Shown here: positions 46,944 through 55,679 of the stretch, in pieces
Layout of the letters: each line of letters begins with the position of its first letter
Position numbering within the stretch: position 1 is the first letter of the stretch
Assembly (NCBI GenBank): GCA_041749075.1
Contig: JBGTBY010000035.1
Coordinates: 350,268-414,267 of the forward strand
Direction of reading: 5' to 3'
Length of the DNA: 64,000 nt
Origin: Balneolales bacterium
GTDB lineage: Bacteria > Bacteroidota > Rhodothermia > Balneolales > HLUCCA01
Program-made: the position numbers and the translations under genes
Notes under the pieces: generated by a model
Databases searched by the model: none
Told to the model about the DNA's origin: nothing
Seen by the model: the letters and a program-made list of their open reading frames with translations, nothing else

Positions 46944-47437
46944 GCACCTTCCTTCCCCTATTGGATGAATTGACCGGCACGTTCGGCAGCGCCATCGAAG
47001 AGATTTCGGTTCATTCCGGCGACACGTTCGTCCGCGTGCATCGCGATTCGGTCCATAAGATTTTGAGTCACCTCAAAACGAAGCACAAATTCAGTTACTT
47101 GTCGGATCTGCTCGGAATCGACCGATTCACCTCTGAAGACCGATTCGAAGTGGCCTATAACTTGGTTTCCTTGGCCGAGCAAACTCGGATCTTCATCAAG
47201 ACCCGCGTCACAGAAGAGCATCCGGTGCTTCCTACGGCAACGAATATCTGGGAAGGCGCCAACTGGAACGAGCGCGAAGTCTATGATATGTTCGGCATCC
47301 GGTTCGAGGGACATCCCGACCTTCGCCGCATCTACATGCCTGAAGATTTCAAGCATTTCCCGCTTCGCAAAGAATTTCCCCTTCTCGGCATTCCCGGTTC
47401 GATCGAGCTGCCAAACACCACTCCCGATCCGGATTAA
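46940..47437 (+). CDS. nuoC: NADH-quinone oxidoreductase subunit C
   Basis: [25 protein letters not shown] motif. Start at MSTFLPL, in an ATGA overlap with nuoB. Confidence 0.9.
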   Translation: MSTFLPLLDELTGTFGSAIEEISVHSGDTFVRVHRDSVHKILSHLKTKHKFSYLSDLLGIDRFTSEDRFEVAYNLVSLAEQTRIFIKTRVTEEHPVLPTATNIWEGANWNEREVYDMFGIRFEGHPDLRRIYMPEDFKHFPLRKEFPLLGIPGSIELPNTTPDPD

Positions 47438-47446
47438 TTCCCGCAT

Positions 47447-48736
47447 ATGTCACATTCCGAATTAGAAACCAAACTCAAGCCGAAGTTCTTCAAAGAACAT
47501 CAGTATGCCTATTACAAGGCGCTTGAGGACAAGCATACGACGATCGAAGTCACCGACGACGATCCGCTTGCCACAAGGATGATCTTGAACATGGGTCCGC
47601 AGCACCCTGCCACCCACGGCGTGTTGCGTGTACTCACCGAGCTCAAAGGCGAGCGCATCGTCAGAAACAAATTGGACATCGGCTATCTGCACCGCGGTGT
47701 GGAGAAAATCGCAGAGAACAAGACCTACCAGGAATTCATGCCCTATACGGACCGCATGGATTACCTGTCTCCGTATTCCAACAACGTGGCCTTGTGCACG
47801 GCGGTGGAAAAACTGGCCGATATTGAATTGCCCGATCGTGCCCAGTGGATCCGCATGATCAACTGTGAATTGGCCCGTATTTCGGCACACCTGCTCTGGT
47901 TGGGAACCATGGTGATGGATGCCGGCGCGATTTCCTTCTTCATCTGGACGTTCCGCGAGCGCGAAAAGATCTATGACTTGTTTGATGAGATCGCTGGTCA
48001 CCGCTTCACGGTTTCCCATTCCCGCATCGGCGGCGTTGCAAGTGATTTCACACCAGAAGCTCTCGCCGCAGTCAAACAGTACATCGCCGATTTTCCGAAA
48101 GAATTGCGCGAATGGAACACCTTCCTCAATAAGAACCGCATTTTCCTGGATCGGAACGCCGATGTCGGAAACGTGACCTATGAAAAAGCGATCGCGTTGG
48201 GCATGTCGGGTGCGAACATCCGCGCCACCGGCATCGCATACGACATCCGCAAGTTCGAACCCTACCTGCGCTATGCGGATGTGGACTTTGAAGTGCCTAC
48301 CCGCTTGGAAGGCGACAACCTCGCCCGCTACTATGTGCGCATGGAAGAAATGTCGCAATCGGTCCGCATCATCGAACAGTGTTTCGGTCGCCTCAAACCC
48401 GGCCCGATCCGCATCGACAATGCCAAAAAAAGTTACCCGTCCAAAGACGAAGTCTATTATTCGATGGAAGGACTCATTCATGATTTCATGATGACCGACA
48501 CCGGCGTATGTCCCCCTCCCGGCAAGGAAATCTATCATGCCATCGAAGCGCCAAAAGGCGAATTGGGGTATTACATCCAAAGCGACGGCACGGGACATCC
48601 GTGGAGAATGAAAATCAAAACCCCATCCTTCAACAACCTTCAAGGGTTGGAGTACATGTTGGATGGATGCATGCTGGCCGATACCGTAGTGGTGATTGGT
48701 GGTGTGGATCCGGTGATGGGCGAGGCAGACAAATAG
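47447..48736 (+). CDS. nuoD: NADH-quinone oxidoreductase subunit D
   Basis: NMGPQHPATHGVLR and HRGVEK motifs, and a C-terminal GGVDPVMGEADK. Confidence 0.95.
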   Translation: MSHSELETKLKPKFFKEHQYAYYKALEDKHTTIEVTDDDPLATRMILNMGPQHPATHGVLRVLTELKGERIVRNKLDIGYLHRGVEKIAENKTYQEFMPYTDRMDYLSPYSNNVALCTAVEKLADIELPDRAQWIRMINCELARISAHLLWLGTMVMDAGAISFFIWTFREREKIYDLFDEIAGHRFTVSHSRIGGVASDFTPEALAAVKQYIADFPKELREWNTFLNKNRIFLDRNADVGNVTYEKAIALGMSGANIRATGIAYDIRKFEPYLRYADVDFEVPTRLEGDNLARYYVRMEEMSQSVRIIEQCFGRLKPGPIRIDNAKKSYPSKDEVYYSMEGLIHDFMMTDTGVCPPPGKEIYHAIEAPKGELGYYIQSDGTGHPWRMKIKTPSFNNLQGLEYMLDGCMLADTVVVIGGVDPVMGEADK

Positions 48737-48739
48737 ATT

Positions 48740-49270
48740 ATGGCGAACTACGAATTCTCGAAAGAGGAACTCACCGAGATCGATCGCATCAAAGCGAACT
48801 ATCCGCAACATCAAGCGGCTGTGATGCCGGTCTTATGGATGGCTCAAGACAAATTCGGTCATGTGGATATGGATGTGCAGCGCTTGGTCGCCGCCACCCT
48901 CGATCTGCCTGAAGCGCATGTCTATGGTGTGGCCACCTTCTACACCCAGTATTTCAAGGAAAAACACGGCACCTACGTGCTGGATGTGTGCACCTGTCTG
49001 AGCTGCCATATCGGCGGCGGATACGAGATGCTGCATTACCTCGAGGAAAAACTGGGCATCAAGGAAGGCGAAACCACGCCCGATGGCAAATTCACAGTGA
49101 AAAGCGCGGAATGCCTCGGCGCGTGCGGTTATGCCCCGATGATGCAGATCACGAACGATGTGTTTGTGAACCATCTAACCAAGGATAAACTGGATCAGGT
49201 GATCGATTCCTTGAAGAAAGACATTGTACCCGAGTTCGAACCCATCCCATTAGTCCAGAACCGCCCATGA
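48740..49270 (+). CDS. nuoE: NADH-quinone oxidoreductase subunit E
   Basis: 2Fe-2S thioredoxin-like pattern VCTCLSC ... ECLGACGYAP. Confidence 0.9.
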   Translation: MANYEFSKEELTEIDRIKANYPQHQAAVMPVLWMAQDKFGHVDMDVQRLVAATLDLPEAHVYGVATFYTQYFKEKHGTYVLDVCTCLSCHIGGGYEMLHYLEEKLGIKEGETTPDGKFTVKSAECLGACGYAPMMQITNDVFVNHLTKDKLDQVIDSLKKDIVPEFEPIPLVQNRP

Positions 49271-50556
49271 GTTTCGACTGGAAATCCTATCAGCCTGTCT
49301 TGATCCCCAACATCCCGGATTATCATAAGCTGTCGGTGTATGAGAAAAACGGCGGATATGAGCAATTCAAGAAGGTGCTCGCCAAACAAGACGAGTTCAC
49401 TCCCGAAGGTGTCGCCACCATCGTGAAGAATTCAGGTCTCCGCGGACGCGGTGGCGCCGGGTTCAACACCGGACTCAAATGGTCGTTCATGCCCAAACCG
49501 GATGGTGGTCCACGCTATATCGCCGCAAATGGTGACGAATCCGAGCCAGGCACGTTCAAAGACCGGGTCATTTTCGAATACAATCCGCATTCGTTCATCG
49601 AAGGCGCGCTCATCGCGGCCTATGCCATGCGCATCACGGCTGTTTATGTGTACATCCGTGGTGAATACCGCAGTTGGATCCGAATGATGGAAGCCGCTAT
49701 CGCGGATGCGTATAAAGCAGGTCACATCGGCGAGAACATCCATGGAAGCGGATTCACGACCCATATGTATGTGCATTCGGGTGCCGGAGCGTATATCTGC
49801 GGCGAAGAATCGTCCTTGATGGAATCGTTGGAAGGAAAACGTGGCTATCCGCGTGTGAAACCTCCATTCCCGGCTCAAAAAGGCTTATGGGGACGTCCGA
49901 CCACCATCAACAACATCGAAACCCTCGCCAACGTCCCTTATATCCTGAAAATCGGTGCCGAGGCTTATGCCGCGATCGGTGCGAAAAACCATCCGGGTCC
50001 GCTCTTGTATGGTATTTCCGGACACGTGAACAAGCCTGGTGTGTATGAATTTCCATCGGGGATGTCGATCGAAACGTTGATTTATGATGTCTGCGGCGGG
50101 ATGCGGAACGGCAAGAAACTCAAAGCCCTGATCCCAGGTGGCTCATCCACTCCTCCCCTCACCGCCGATATGATTGTTGGAACCACGATGGATTCCGATT
50201 CTCTACGCACCGCCGGATCCATGCTCGGTACGGCCGGCATGGTGGTGATGGATGAAGACACCGACATGGTGGACATGCTCACCCGCATATCGCACTTCTA
50301 TCATCATGAATCATGCGGACAATGCACACCTTGCCGCGACGGCACAGGCTGGCTCGAAAAAACATTGAAGAAAATCAACCGCGGGGATGGTGAAATGCGC
50401 GACTTAGATCTTCTTCTCGACATCTGCACTCAGATGGAAGGCCGCACCATCTGCGCCTTGGCCGATGCCGCCGCTTGGCCCGTCCGATTCACCATCACAC
50501 GTTTCAAAGAAGACTTTGAAGCCCGCTGCAAGCAAACCGTTTACGCAACCGCATAA
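49267..50556 (+). CDS. nuoF: NADH-quinone oxidoreductase subunit F
   Basis: GLRGRGGAGFNTGLKW, ANGDESEPGTFKDR and ESCGQCTPCR motifs. Confidence 0.95.
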   Translation: MSFDWKSYQPVLIPNIPDYHKLSVYEKNGGYEQFKKVLAKQDEFTPEGVATIVKNSGLRGRGGAGFNTGLKWSFMPKPDGGPRYIAANGDESEPGTFKDRVIFEYNPHSFIEGALIAAYAMRITAVYVYIRGEYRSWIRMMEAAIADAYKAGHIGENIHGSGFTTHMYVHSGAGAYICGEESSLMESLEGKRGYPRVKPPFPAQKGLWGRPTTINNIETLANVPYILKIGAEAYAAIGAKNHPGPLLYGISGHVNKPGVYEFPSGMSIETLIYDVCGGMRNGKKLKALIPGGSSTPPLTADMIVGTTMDSDSLRTAGSMLGTAGMVVMDEDTDMVDMLTRISHFYHHESCGQCTPCRDGTGWLEKTLKKINRGDGEMRDLDLLLDICTQMEGRTICALADAAAWPVRFTITRFKEDFEARCKQTVYATA

Positions 50557-52280
50557 TGGCTGAAATTTTCATCGACAACCAACGCTTCGAGTTCACCGGC
50601 ACGGTAAAAGTGCTGCAATTCATCCTCGACAAAGGACTCGATCTTCCGCACTTCTGCTACCATCCAGCATTGTCCATTCCGGCGAACTGCCGCCAATGTT
50701 ATGTGGAAGCGGGCATGCCGGTGTTCAACAAAGAAACGAACGCCTACGATTTGGATGAGAACGGTCAGCGTGTGATCCGTTGGTTTCCAAAACTGATGAC
50801 GGCTTGTAACACCGATGCCTCCGATGGCATGGTCGTTAAAACTCATGTGACATCCGAGCTTGTCCGCCGCGGACAAAAAGACGTTCTCGAATTCATCCTC
50901 ATCAACCATCCGCTGGATTGTCCTATATGCGACCAAGCCGGCGAATGTCCGCTTCAGATCCAGACGTACAAATATGGTCCGGAAGGAAGTCGCTTCGAGC
51001 ACAAAAAAGTTCATAAGCCGAAACGCATCCAACTCGGACCTCGTGTGGTTCTGGATGCCGAGCGCTGCATCAACTGCACCCGTTGCGTGCGCTTCACCGA
51101 CGAAATCAGCAAATCGCACCAGTTGACGATCATCTCCCGTGGCGACAAGAATTACCCCGCTGTCGCACCCGGACGTGAATTCGACGACGCCTACTCTCTG
51201 AATACGGTCGATATTTGTCCGGTCGGCGCGCTAACATCCGCCGATTTCCGCTTCAAAGCCCGAGTTTGGGATATGGTGTCCACACCGTCGATCGACATCA
51301 CCAACGGAAAAGGCTGCAGCGTCGATATCTGGACACGCGACAACCTTGTGCTCCGCATCACCCCTCGCGAAAACAAGAATGTGAACGATGTCTGGATGCC
51401 GGATGCGGGTCGCACGGCGTACACCATCTACAACGAAAACCGGGTGAATAAGCCCCAATTGATGTTGGATGGCGCTCAGGTGCCGACATCATGGACGAAC
51501 GCGGTTCTCACCGTTCACGAAAAGATCGCTGAAACCCCATCCGATCAGATTCTTGTCATCGCCAGCGCATTTTCCTCATTGGAAGACAACTTCGCTTTGT
51601 CCAGCTTCTTCTCGAAGCTCGGCAAAGGCTCGGTCGGTTTCACACCACACATCGTTCCTGGTTTTGGGGATGGATTCCTCATCACCGATGACCAAGCGCC
51701 GAATACCTCTGGTGTTCGGATGTTGGATGTGGCTGAACACTCCGCCTCTTCCCTATCCGATGCGGCCAAGAACGCCAAACTCGTGATCATCCTGAATGAT
51801 GACCTGGTTGGACGTGGCGTATTAACTGCCGCTGACCTGAAAGGTGCTTTCGTCGTGGCTTTGTCCTCGAATCTTACTGCGACAACCGCCGCCGCGGATT
51901 TGGTGGTGCCAATCACGACGGCTGCTGAGCACGTGGGAACCTATGTGAATGTGGATGGTCGCGCGCAACGCACCCGCGCCGCCAAAGAAACGGCGCATCG
52001 CGGCCGCAATGTGAACATGGACATGTCGAAAGGCCGTCTGGATCATTTCGGAACGCATTTCGACAACTGGGTGAGCGACAAGAACCGCATCGACTGCGTT
52101 CCGGTTTGGGAATTTCTCACAAATGTGGCTACAGAAGCCGGAATCGGATTCTCTTATTCCGAATCGGGCGATGTCTTGCGCGATATGACCGCGACTCTCC
52201 CTACCCTATCTGAGCTCACTTACGAGCGAATGGATGCCGAAAACGGCATTTCCCTTATCACCGAATCGAATCATGCCTGA
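50556..52280 (+). CDS. nuoG: NADH-quinone oxidoreductase subunit G
   Basis: N-terminal 2Fe-2S (CYHPALSIPANCRQC), HPLDCPICDQAGEC, CINCTRCVRF and a molybdopterin-like remainder. Confidence 0.9.
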   Translation: MAEIFIDNQRFEFTGTVKVLQFILDKGLDLPHFCYHPALSIPANCRQCYVEAGMPVFNKETNAYDLDENGQRVIRWFPKLMTACNTDASDGMVVKTHVTSELVRRGQKDVLEFILINHPLDCPICDQAGECPLQIQTYKYGPEGSRFEHKKVHKPKRIQLGPRVVLDAERCINCTRCVRFTDEISKSHQLTIISRGDKNYPAVAPGREFDDAYSLNTVDICPVGALTSADFRFKARVWDMVSTPSIDITNGKGCSVDIWTRDNLVLRITPRENKNVNDVWMPDAGRTAYTIYNENRVNKPQLMLDGAQVPTSWTNAVLTVHEKIAETPSDQILVIASAFSSLEDNFALSSFFSKLGKGSVGFTPHIVPGFGDGFLITDDQAPNTSGVRMLDVAEHSASSLSDAAKNAKLVIILNDDLVGRGVLTAADLKGAFVVALSSNLTATTAAADLVVPITTAAEHVGTYVNVDGRAQRTRAAKETAHRGRNVNMDMSKGRLDHFGTHFDNWVSDKNRIDCVPVWEFLTNVATEAGIGFSYSESGDVLRDMTATLPTLSELTYERMDAENGISLITESNHA

Positions 52281-53283
52281 TTTCTTGACACCTCAAATCC
52301 TGCTGTCACTCGCTGTGATCGGTGCGGGAGCCTTTTTCTTGCTCAACTCTGCGGCCATCGCGGTTTATGCCGAGCGCCGGATCGCGGCCTTCATCCAGAA
52401 CCGCGTGGGACCGAACCGCGTGGGTCCTGCTGGATTGCTGCAACCGATCGCCGACGTACTCAAACTGATTCTGAAAGAAGACATCACGCCGAGTCAGGGC
52501 AACAAGACGATTCACGCGATCGCGCCGATGATTCCGGTGGCTACGGCCTTGATGACCGTCGCTGTCATTCCCTTTGGCGATGGATTAGTTGGTTCGAACT
52601 TGGATGCGGGCGTTCTTTACCTTCTGGCCATCACATCTTTAGGTGTGTACGGTGTGACCTTGGCGGGTTGGGCATCGAACTCGAAATACGCGCTACTCGG
52701 AGGCTTGCGTTCCGCGGCGCAGATGCTGTCGTACGAATTGCCGATGGGCATGGCTGTGGCAAGTTGTATCCTCTTCGCCGGCTCATTGAGCATGGTGGAT
52801 GTGGTCAATTCGCAGGATATGATCTGGAACATCTTCCGCAACCCGCTTGGATTCCTCATCTTTTTTGTGGCCGCACTGGCTGAAGCCAACCGCACACCGT
52901 TCGATTTGGTTGAAGCCGAGCAAGAACTCGTCGGCGGATTTCATACCGAATACAGCTCCATGAAATTCGGGATGTTCTTTTTGGCCGAATACATGCACGT
53001 GACGATCGGCTCGATGTTGGTCACAAGTTTCTTCCTAGGTGGCTACCACCTTCCATTCGCACCGCTCTGGTTGCCGGAATTGTCACCGTTATGGAAAGGT
53101 GTGTTGGATGTGCTTGTGTTCTTGGGCAAAACCTTGTTCATCGCATTCACCTACATCTGGATCCGTTGGACAATCCCACGCTTCAAATATGATCAACTGA
53201 TGCGTTTGGGCTGGAGCAAGTTGCTCCCGTTATCGATCATCAATTTCTTGGTGATCGCTTCCGTCCTCTACTTCTTTCGGTAG
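52273..53283 (+). CDS. nuoH: NADH-quinone oxidoreductase subunit H
   Basis: AERRIAAFIQNRVGPNRVGP, EAEQELVGGFHTEYS, multi-TM. Start at MPDFLTPQ, an 8-nt overlap with nuoG. Confidence 0.9.
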   Translation: MPDFLTPQILLSLAVIGAGAFFLLNSAAIAVYAERRIAAFIQNRVGPNRVGPAGLLQPIADVLKLILKEDITPSQGNKTIHAIAPMIPVATALMTVAVIPFGDGLVGSNLDAGVLYLLAITSLGVYGVTLAGWASNSKYALLGGLRSAAQMLSYELPMGMAVASCILFAGSLSMVDVVNSQDMIWNIFRNPLGFLIFFVAALAEANRTPFDLVEAEQELVGGFHTEYSSMKFGMFFLAEYMHVTIGSMLVTSFFLGGYHLPFAPLWLPELSPLWKGVLDVLVFLGKTLFIAFTYIWIRWTIPRFKYDQLMRLGWSKLLPLSIINFLVIASVLYFFR

Positions 53284-53423
53284 GATTCTTTTCCAATCTA
53301 GGTACTTGTACCTAGGGATTTGAGCAGTCTTGCCTATAGAATTCACATGTGCATTGCCTAAAATGTGTGGTAGTCAGTTTAACTACTGAGACACCATTCA
53401 TCAGTTTTGCAAGGAGAAATCAC

Positions 53424-55520
53424 ATGTATCGTTATCTAACCACGCTTATCGTCGTTTTGACACTCGCCGCCTGCTCTAAGGATCCGGTGAGACCGTCTAT
53501 GGACTCGGATTCAAGCAATCCGAATCTGTCAACTAGTTCATCACCCTCCTCATCTTCGTCTTCGTCATCCACTACCTCATCCACTTCATCGTCTTCAAAC
53601 TCTGAAGTTGTATGGGTCGATGCAAGACTGGTCGGTAATCCTGCCGGTCCCAAACTGAGTACAACGGTCCTTGAGGCTGGAGTCGACTATCGAATTACTG
53701 TTGAAGGGAACTGGAGTGCTTGGCTTCCGAGCTGGTGGGAGTGTGTGTCGCCGTCCCCTACCGTTCACATATCACCCACCGTTCCTGATGGTATCTATGC
53801 AGGTATGGACCCCGAGTGGCGCTACGCTGACCCCGGGAATTGCAATCGGACTCTCTCGCAATATGCGGGAATTATGTTTAGTCTCGACGCAGGAGCAACT
53901 GCCTTTAATCCGACGCCGGTCGACGGAACTTACAATACCGATCACACTTACGAGTACATCGTAACCGGCACTGGAAATCGTATTGGATTCCACATCCCTG
54001 ACACCAACGAGGACAATCATGGCGTCATGAAAGTCACTATTGAAGAGATTGTGCCTCCTACAGTGAACGTGTTCACCAGTGATCCAGCTACTGTTCAAGC
54101 TTGGGGACCCATCCTCGAACTGCCGATCAATAGCGCATGGGTTTCCCAGTATTGCACCGTGAATCCAAACGTCGGTTTGGACGACCCACGGTGGGGATCG
54201 CCCCACGCCGCTTACGAGGTAGGACCAGCAGCATTTGAGACGTACACGTCATGGTCCAATTTCAATGCTCCGTGGATCAATGCATGGAACAGCTTGCAGG
54301 CATCTGCCGCACCTAGCGCCCAAAACGGCAACAACACGCAGAGCTGGTCGAAGTTCGAGTCCACAGTCTCGGGCGATGGAACATTTGTCGTCCAATTCTT
54401 GGCTGACAATTGCTCCTGGATCTATTTGGATGGCAACCTCATCGGGGTACAGGCAATCGACTGGAACACGAATCCTGCCGTGAACGGCCGGTACTCTTTG
54501 AACCTCTCCGGAACTCACACCTTGTCGTTCATCGTCTTCGACGGTGGTGGCCAGGCCGGTGGTAAGTTCCGCCTTGAGACCCTTTCGTCCTTTGTTGGTG
54601 GCGGCGGAAATGCCGGCGATGTCAACCCGCCTCTGCCAAGCGACAACACAGCACCTGTCATCACGCCAAATGTAACTGGAAATCTCAATGGCGACTGGTA
54701 CACCTCAGATGTGAACATCTCGTGGACCGTAACCGACGATGAATCGGATGTGACCAACACCACCGGATGCGATGCGACGACGGTAACCAGTGATACAAAC
54801 GGAGTGACCTACACCTGTGAAGCCACATCAACGGGTGGCACAGCCAGTGAGTCAGTTACTGTAAAGCGCGATGCTACTCCACCTGTTGTCACGGCCTCGG
54901 AATCTGGCACGATGGGGAACAACGGATGGTACACATCCAACGTCTCCGTCTCCTTCAATGTTAGCGAGCCTACTTCGCCATTGTCCTCAACCGGTTGTGA
55001 TGCGGTAACCGTCTCCACAGACACCAATGGTGTGACCTACACCTGCGAAGCATCGTCGGCGGGTGGCACAGCTAGCGCATCCGTGACGGTGAAACGTGAT
55101 GCCACGAAACCCATCATCGCCTTCTCCGGAAACGCAGGTTCGTACACCGTAGCTCAAAGCGTGAGCATCGGATGCTCAGCCACCGATAGCATGTCCGGCA
55201 TCGCGTCCAGCGACTGTCCTGGTGCGTCGGGCGATGCCTACACGTTTGGGGTCGGTACAACCACATTGAATGCGTCGGCGCTCGACTTGGCTGGAAACAG
55301 CAACTCCGCGGCCACCTCGTTCAACGTGACGGTGACATCGGGCAGCGTTTGTGAATTGGTAAAACGCTGGGTAAGTCAGCGTGGCGTGGCCAACTCACTC
55401 TGCCAGCAACTGAATAACGGAGCGTATGGTGCCTTCATCAAACATGCGCGCGCTCAGAGTGGGAAGCATGTGCCGGCTGACAAAGCGGCCATCCTTATCG
55501 CTTTGGTCGAACAGCTGTAA
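53424..55520 (+). CDS. cell-surface lipoprotein: Ser-rich linker, beta-sandwich region, three Ig-like repeats and a FIMAH-like C-terminal helix bundle
   Basis: AAGGAG lies 7 nt upstream of the ATG. Lipobox TLAAC. The Ser-rich tract is SSSPSSSSSSSSTTSSTSSSS. Repeats of about 85 aa contain NGDWYTSDVNISW / NNGWYTSNVSVSF ... GVTYTCEA.S.GGTAS.SVTVKRDAT.P. The tail NSLCQQLNNGAYGAFIKHARAQSGKHVPADKAAILIALVEQL has the FIMAH-type pattern. Confidence 0.7.
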   Translation: MYRYLTTLIVVLTLAACSKDPVRPSMDSDSSNPNLSTSSSPSSSSSSSSTTSSTSSSSNSEVVWVDARLVGNPAGPKLSTTVLEAGVDYRITVEGNWSAWLPSWWECVSPSPTVHISPTVPDGIYAGMDPEWRYADPGNCNRTLSQYAGIMFSLDAGATAFNPTPVDGTYNTDHTYEYIVTGTGNRIGFHIPDTNEDNHGVMKVTIEEIVPPTVNVFTSDPATVQAWGPILELPINSAWVSQYCTVNPNVGLDDPRWGSPHAAYEVGPAAFETYTSWSNFNAPWINAWNSLQASAAPSAQNGNNTQSWSKFESTVSGDGTFVVQFLADNCSWIYLDGNLIGVQAIDWNTNPAVNGRYSLNLSGTHTLSFIVFDGGGQAGGKFRLETLSSFVGGGGNAGDVNPPLPSDNTAPVITPNVTGNLNGDWYTSDVNISWTVTDDESDVTNTTGCDATTVTSDTNGVTYTCEATSTGGTASESVTVKRDATPPVVTASESGTMGNNGWYTSNVSVSFNVSEPTSPLSSTGCDAVTVSTDTNGVTYTCEASSAGGTASASVTVKRDATKPIIAFSGNAGSYTVAQSVSIGCSATDSMSGIASSDCPGASGDAYTFGVGTTTLNASALDLAGNSNSAATSFNVTVTSGSVCELVKRWVSQRGVANSLCQQLNNGAYGAFIKHARAQSGKHVPADKAAILIALVEQL

Positions 55521-55546
55521 GATTCAGCTTACATAGCTTGTAAAGA

Positions 55547-55577
55547 GCCCCTCGGTCTAGGATCGGGGGGCTTTTTT
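55547..55577 (+). terminator. intrinsic terminator after the Ig-repeat lipoprotein gene
   Basis: GC-rich hairpin GCCCCTCG...CGGGGGGC followed by TTTTTTATT. Confidence 0.7.
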
Positions 55578-55583
55578 ATTTAT

Positions 55584-55674
55584 GGTAGGATGGTAGGATG
55601 GTAGGATGGTAGGAATTTGAGGAACTTAAAGTATATTTTGGGAGACGTATAAAAGTACCATCCTACTATCCTAC
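55584..55674. repeat. composite element: (GGTAGGAT)x4, a 42-nt AT-rich core, then an inverted (ATCCTAC) array
   Basis: The left array at 55584-55615 has three perfect units and one variant. The core contains AGGAACTT and TATATT. The right array ACCATCCTACTATCCTAC (55657-55674) ends 5 nt before the ATG of paralog 1. Confidence 0.85.
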
Positions 55675-55679
55675 AGCAG

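Noticed and set aside
47462-48814. 450-aa minus-strand ORF covering nuoD. Similar long antisense ORFs lie at 3671-4651, 14782-15672, 16876-17796, 31073-31873 and 27693-28346.
   Set aside because: Each lies exactly opposite a confidently identified gene and translates to low-complexity Arg/His/Gly/Asp-rich sequence. This is typical of shadow ORFs in moderately GC-rich coding DNA.
55620-55650. Reading AGGAACTT plus downstream CGTA as a complete ECF-sigma promoter for the paralog array
   Set aside because: The spacing from AAC to CGT is about 20 nt, longer than typical, and the other AGGAACTT sites lack a consistent -10. The motif recurrence is kept as an observation, but the promoter call is dropped.
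55584-55674. Could the GGTAGGAT arrays, and those at 5331-5600 and 63354-63458, be CRISPR arrays?
   Set aside because: The units are only 8 bp and directly abutting with no spacers, the two arms are inverted relative to each other, and no cas genes are present. They are microsatellite-like inverted repeats, not CRISPR.
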